This document shows, piece by piece, positions 34,215-35,005 of a stretch of 35,005 nucleotides of DNA. The DNA is from Octopus bimaculoides (taxonomy: Eukaryota). How positions within the stretch are numbered: position 1 is the first letter of the stretch; every line of letters starts with the position of its first letter. Made by a program: the position numbers and the translations under genes. Location: contig NC_068999.1 of NCBI RefSeq assembly GCF_001194135.2, positions 53,912,792-53,947,796 on the forward strand, written 5' to 3'. The notes under the pieces were generated by a model. That model ran no database searches. It saw only the letters and a program-made list of their open reading frames with translations, and was not told the origin of the DNA.

Positions 34215-35005
34215 GTATGCATGTGTGTATGTCATCATCATTATCATTTTCTCAGGCTTCCATGGGTTGAATAGGTCTTCTTCAGCACAGCTTCTCACTA
34301 CCTGAAACCATTTCACTTGATGTCCATTCTTCATTCTTAATAATGTCCTTTTCACCCACATTTTACATTGATCACTCACCTGAACCACAAATTATCTCTC
34401 CTTCTCCACCATACATCTCTCTCTCACTCTCTTCCCCCATATACTATGTCTGCCTCCTCCCCACATACGCACTCTCTTGTAACCTTCCCAACCACACATC
34501 ATCTCCCACTAACCCATGTCTCATTTGTCACTTCCAATAATCCACCAATATATTCCTCACCCCTACATAATCTCTACAGTTGTCACTCTTCCCTACCATA
34601 CATCTCTCTCTCTCTTACCCCATATTCTATGCCTATCTCCCCCTCCCCCACATACACACATTCTTGTAACCTTCCCACCCACACATCATCTCTCCCCCCA
34701 CCTACCACTCACAACCCATATGTCTCAATGGTCACTTCCAGTGCTTATCTACAAATCCATTCCTCAATCTCTGCAGTTGTCACCTACTCTGCTCCACCTT
34801 CCCTGCTTATCATCTCTCAACACTTGTTCAAAAATTATATCCACCCTCTCAGCTATTCCCCATCTCCAGACATCTCTCACTTTCCTTTACACTTTCACAA
34901 TCCCTACCCACCCACACTCCCTGCCCCCCCCCCGCTTATATCTACCCACGTCTTCCTTGAGGTTCCACCCAGACACCTCATGGCCACATTTTTTACCTCT
35001 TCCCT
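34215..35005 (-). mobile_element. Unclassified retroposon-like repeat with about 187 bp internal tandem duplication and (ATG)n-like tail
   Basis: accatacatctctc...cttgtaaccttccca.c.acacatcatct occurs at 34408 and 34595. It is homologous to 19395-19540. Confidence 0.55.

Overview
AT-rich, microsatellite-dense eukaryotic genomic DNA with five N gaps. The repeat families (RTE-tailed elements ending in (ATG)n, tRNA-derived SINEs, TTAA MITEs) look like those of octopus, which is an inference from pattern recognition. Most of the supplied ORF track is artefact from microsatellites and gaps. By hand I spliced seven + strand exons (2845-3013, 20653-20820, 23549-23692, 24101-24172, 25755-25870, 32664-32804, 33624-33729). 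All have canonical AG/GT borders and matching phases, and they give a 305-codon open frame encoding SH2 plus five ankyrin repeats. This is the N-terminal half of a Shark/HTK16-type tyrosine kinase; the second SH2 and kinase domain are expected beyond the window. The 17.6 kb first intron holds RTE fragments, an R4/Dong-like LINE interrupted by a Ty3/Gypsy remnant (LTR, PPT, integrase, inverted RT/RNaseH segment), a U6 snRNA pseudogene apparently fused to a retroposon fragment, a 95 bp-arm foldback element and a minimal hammerhead-like motif. Candidate - strand exons (33305-33463, 26835-26969, two possible microexons) interleave with the Shark-like exons and suggest an overlapping convergent gene. 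No rRNA, bona fide tRNA or CRISPR array was seen.
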